Source of the DNA: Thermoplasmata archaeon
GTDB taxonomy: Archaea; Thermoplasmatota; Thermoplasmata; GCA-020350865
Direction: 5' to 3'
Length of the DNA stretch: 64,000 bases
NCBI GenBank assembly: GCA_020348445.1
Contig: CP070751.1
Span: 767,216-831,215 of the forward strand
The position numbers and the translations under genes were made by a program. Shown piece after piece: positions 62,125 to 64,000 of this stretch (positions are counted from its first letter, which is position 1; every line of letters begins with the position of its first letter). The notes under the pieces are model-generated. The model had not been told where the DNA came from, did no database searches, and saw only the letters and a list, made by a program, of their open reading frames with translations.

Positions 62125-63593
62125 TTGGTAGGTGTATAAAAAAGGATACGGGAACTGACATGATACCCTCGGACAATTCCCGCCCGAAGCAGAGTTATGA
62201 TCTTTTTCACCTTCCAGATTTCACTAGAAAAATCATATTCTTCTTTTATTGCGTCATACTAGGCTTCACCGTAATATTTGGAGTGTATATTTTAACATAT
62301 TTTTTACTCATCTTTCTATTTCTCATCCTTGTTTCTTGTCTAGGGGGATCAAAAATAATTGAAAAGATACTATCCATGCCAAGGTGGAAAAAGGTTGTAT
62401 TAATTTTCGTGTTTACATTATTGTTGCGCTTGGTTATGCTCATTCAGACACAGCAAATAGGCCGAGATCTTGATGCATACATTTGGAGAAGCGAGAGGAT
62501 GCTTCAAGGTGATATCCCTTATCGTGATTTTTATGGTGGAAATAAGCCACCACTTTACGAGCTATTGGTTTTTTTAATTGGATACCTTTTTGGCCCTGGA
62601 CCCCTACCGTTCCGAGCCGTATTTTCTGTGTTTGATGCGCTAATTCCTGTTGTGTTATTTTGTATTTGTGTCAATGTATACAATGAACGATTTGCTTTAA
62701 TTTCTAGTCTAAGTTATTCATTATTCCCTATCAGCATTATATGTATAGGCCTTTCTGGGCACTATGAATCTGTGGTTGTCCTTTTCAGTTTAATGTCGAT
62801 TTTATTTTTACCAAAGAAAAGATTTAAGCTATCAGGTTTGTCATTGGGAATTTCATTTGCGCTTAAATTATATCCAATTGTGCTTTTACCATTCTTTTTA
62901 ACAGTTATTAAATCTTGGAAGATGAGAATATCTTATACGATCCTTTTTCTTTTACCAATGCTGGTATCATTAGGAACATTATATTTGATATCCCCCTCTG
63001 CTTTCTTTAAATATCTTGTGGAAGAATCAGAATGGGGAGGAAAAACTGCAATTTCAAGTGTAATAGAGATGATGGTAAATACCTCGGAAATTTTTTCTAT
63101 TAAAATATCATGGCTTGTATTGGCCTTTTTTGGATTTCTTATACTTTTACTGTTTATTGATTGGTCATCTCCAAAACGTGAAATGAATCTTATAAAATGG
63201 TTCAAAATTATAATATTTATTTTTATATTCTATTACGGATTTTATATAATCTTTGGTGTAATTTATTATAAAAATCCCCTTTATATGGCTTTAATCCCGT
63301 TAGTCATATATTTTACTCTTGCGGTCCTTCTCCTCCATAAATGTCTCCCTAAAATAATACCTAAATCATTGACCAAACCAAACTCTGAAGCGTTATTCAT
63401 TGTATCTACATTTGCCATTATGCTATTCATATTCGGTCTACCAAATTATTCTCCATGGTATTTTATTTGGTATCTACCCTTTCTATTGATGATTAGAACC
63501 AATAAAATTAAATATCTTCTACTTTGGATCTTGCCCTGGCATGGGATTGGCGAACATATGAGGCTATTGCCTGGTATGAAACCCGTCGATTAA
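62121..63593 (+). CDS. GT87 / DUF2029-like GT-C membrane glycosyltransferase
   Basis: DLDAY, PYRDFY..KPP, GHYE, K.YP and PWYF.W motifs. Confidence 0.8.
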   Translation: MIGRCIKKDTGTDMIPSDNSRPKQSYDLFHLPDFTRKIIFFFYCVILGFTVIFGVYILTYFLLIFLFLILVSCLGGSKIIEKILSMPRWKKVVLIFVFTLLLRLVMLIQTQQIGRDLDAYIWRSERMLQGDIPYRDFYGGNKPPLYELLVFLIGYLFGPGPLPFRAVFSVFDALIPVVLFCICVNVYNERFALISSLSYSLFPISIICIGLSGHYESVVVLFSLMSILFLPKKRFKLSGLSLGISFALKLYPIVLLPFFLTVIKSWKMRISYTILFLLPMLVSLGTLYLISPSAFFKYLVEESEWGGKTAISSVIEMMVNTSEIFSIKISWLVLAFFGFLILLLFIDWSSPKREMNLIKWFKIIIFIFIFYYGFYIIFGVIYYKNPLYMALIPLVIYFTLAVLLLHKCLPKIIPKSLTKPNSEALFIVSTFAIMLFIFGLPNYSPWYFIWYLPFLLMIRTNKIKYLLLWILPWHGIGEHMRLLPGMKPVD

Positions 63594-63824
63594 TAGATTT
63601 TATCAACAATCCTTAAGAAAATTGAAACACAGTGAAAATATACCAATCTTCAAGGTCGTGACTAATAATGTATACACATTCAGATCTAGGCACAATATTA
63701 ATCTTCAGAGCAGAGTTCGAAAAAATCGTTCTCTTTACAATAAAGAATTTTAATAGAAGGGTGTAAGATGTGAGCTGTCCCAACACTTATGACAAAATAT
63801 ACTGGCTGATTTTCCCTAAACAAC

Positions 63825-63833
63825 TTTTATATA
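63825..63833 (+). promoter_or_regulatory. TATA box of SRP RNA gene
   Basis: TTTTATATA about 25 nt upstream of the SRP-like sequence. Confidence 0.55.
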
Positions 63834-63856
63834 CTAGCATCGTCTTAACAAAACCT

Positions 63857-64000
63857 GCTAGACTCGGCCGGGGTGTTCGGCGTACCCTTATACACCAAAA
63901 CCGTCGTTAGTGGGGGCGACACTCGGAGGCGGCGTAACCAGCTCGCAATCGAGCCAAATGCTGTCAATGAGATTTCGTCCCTCGGGGTCGGAGGTGGCAA
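63857..64000 (+). ncRNA. ffs: Archaeal SRP (7S) RNA, 5' part, truncated by the window end
   Basis: GGCCGGGGTGTTCGGCGTACCC...CCAAAACCGTCG..GGGGGC resembles the archaeal Alu domain, including loop-loop complementarity CGGCG/CGTCG; GC-rich, non-coding, TATA upstream. The 5' end is approximate. Confidence 0.82.

Noticed and set aside
63857-64000. RNase P RNA
   Set aside because: It lacks the GAGGAAAGUCC P4 motif and matches the SRP Alu domain instead.

Overview
Archaeal chromosomal window, most likely Thermoplasmatota (inferred from PriL primase, DUF835 proteins, the oap/arvABC operon, archaeal SRP RNA, a BHB-type tRNA intron and giant PKD/CARDB surface proteins). It is dominated by cell-envelope functions: two surface-glycan loci (about 11-29 kb and 50-63.6 kb) and four very large secreted or membrane-anchored proteins. 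Most notable observations: (1) a bacterial-type carrier-protein cassette (LbH acyltransferase, AcpS, ACP, adenylate-forming ligase, LuxE-like, LuxC-like, FabG-like, methyltransferase) next to a 4-amino-4,6-dideoxysugar gene pair, resembling the proposed Vibrio cholerae O1 perosamine N-acylation pathway but in an archaeon; (2) tRNA-His(GUG) with a 131-nt hairpin-packed intron, followed by a structured trailer (anti-tRNA inverted repeat, two covarying 47-bp hairpins, two G-rich repeats); (3) two tandem surface-receptor/TM/winged-helix proteins with different ectodomains and a shared C-terminal module, bracketed by DUF835 genes; (4) 95-bp tandem repeats overlapping the start of the first glycosyltransferase. 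No CRISPR array, transposase, integrase or rRNA was found. All family assignments come from motif recognition by eye; no database searches were run.
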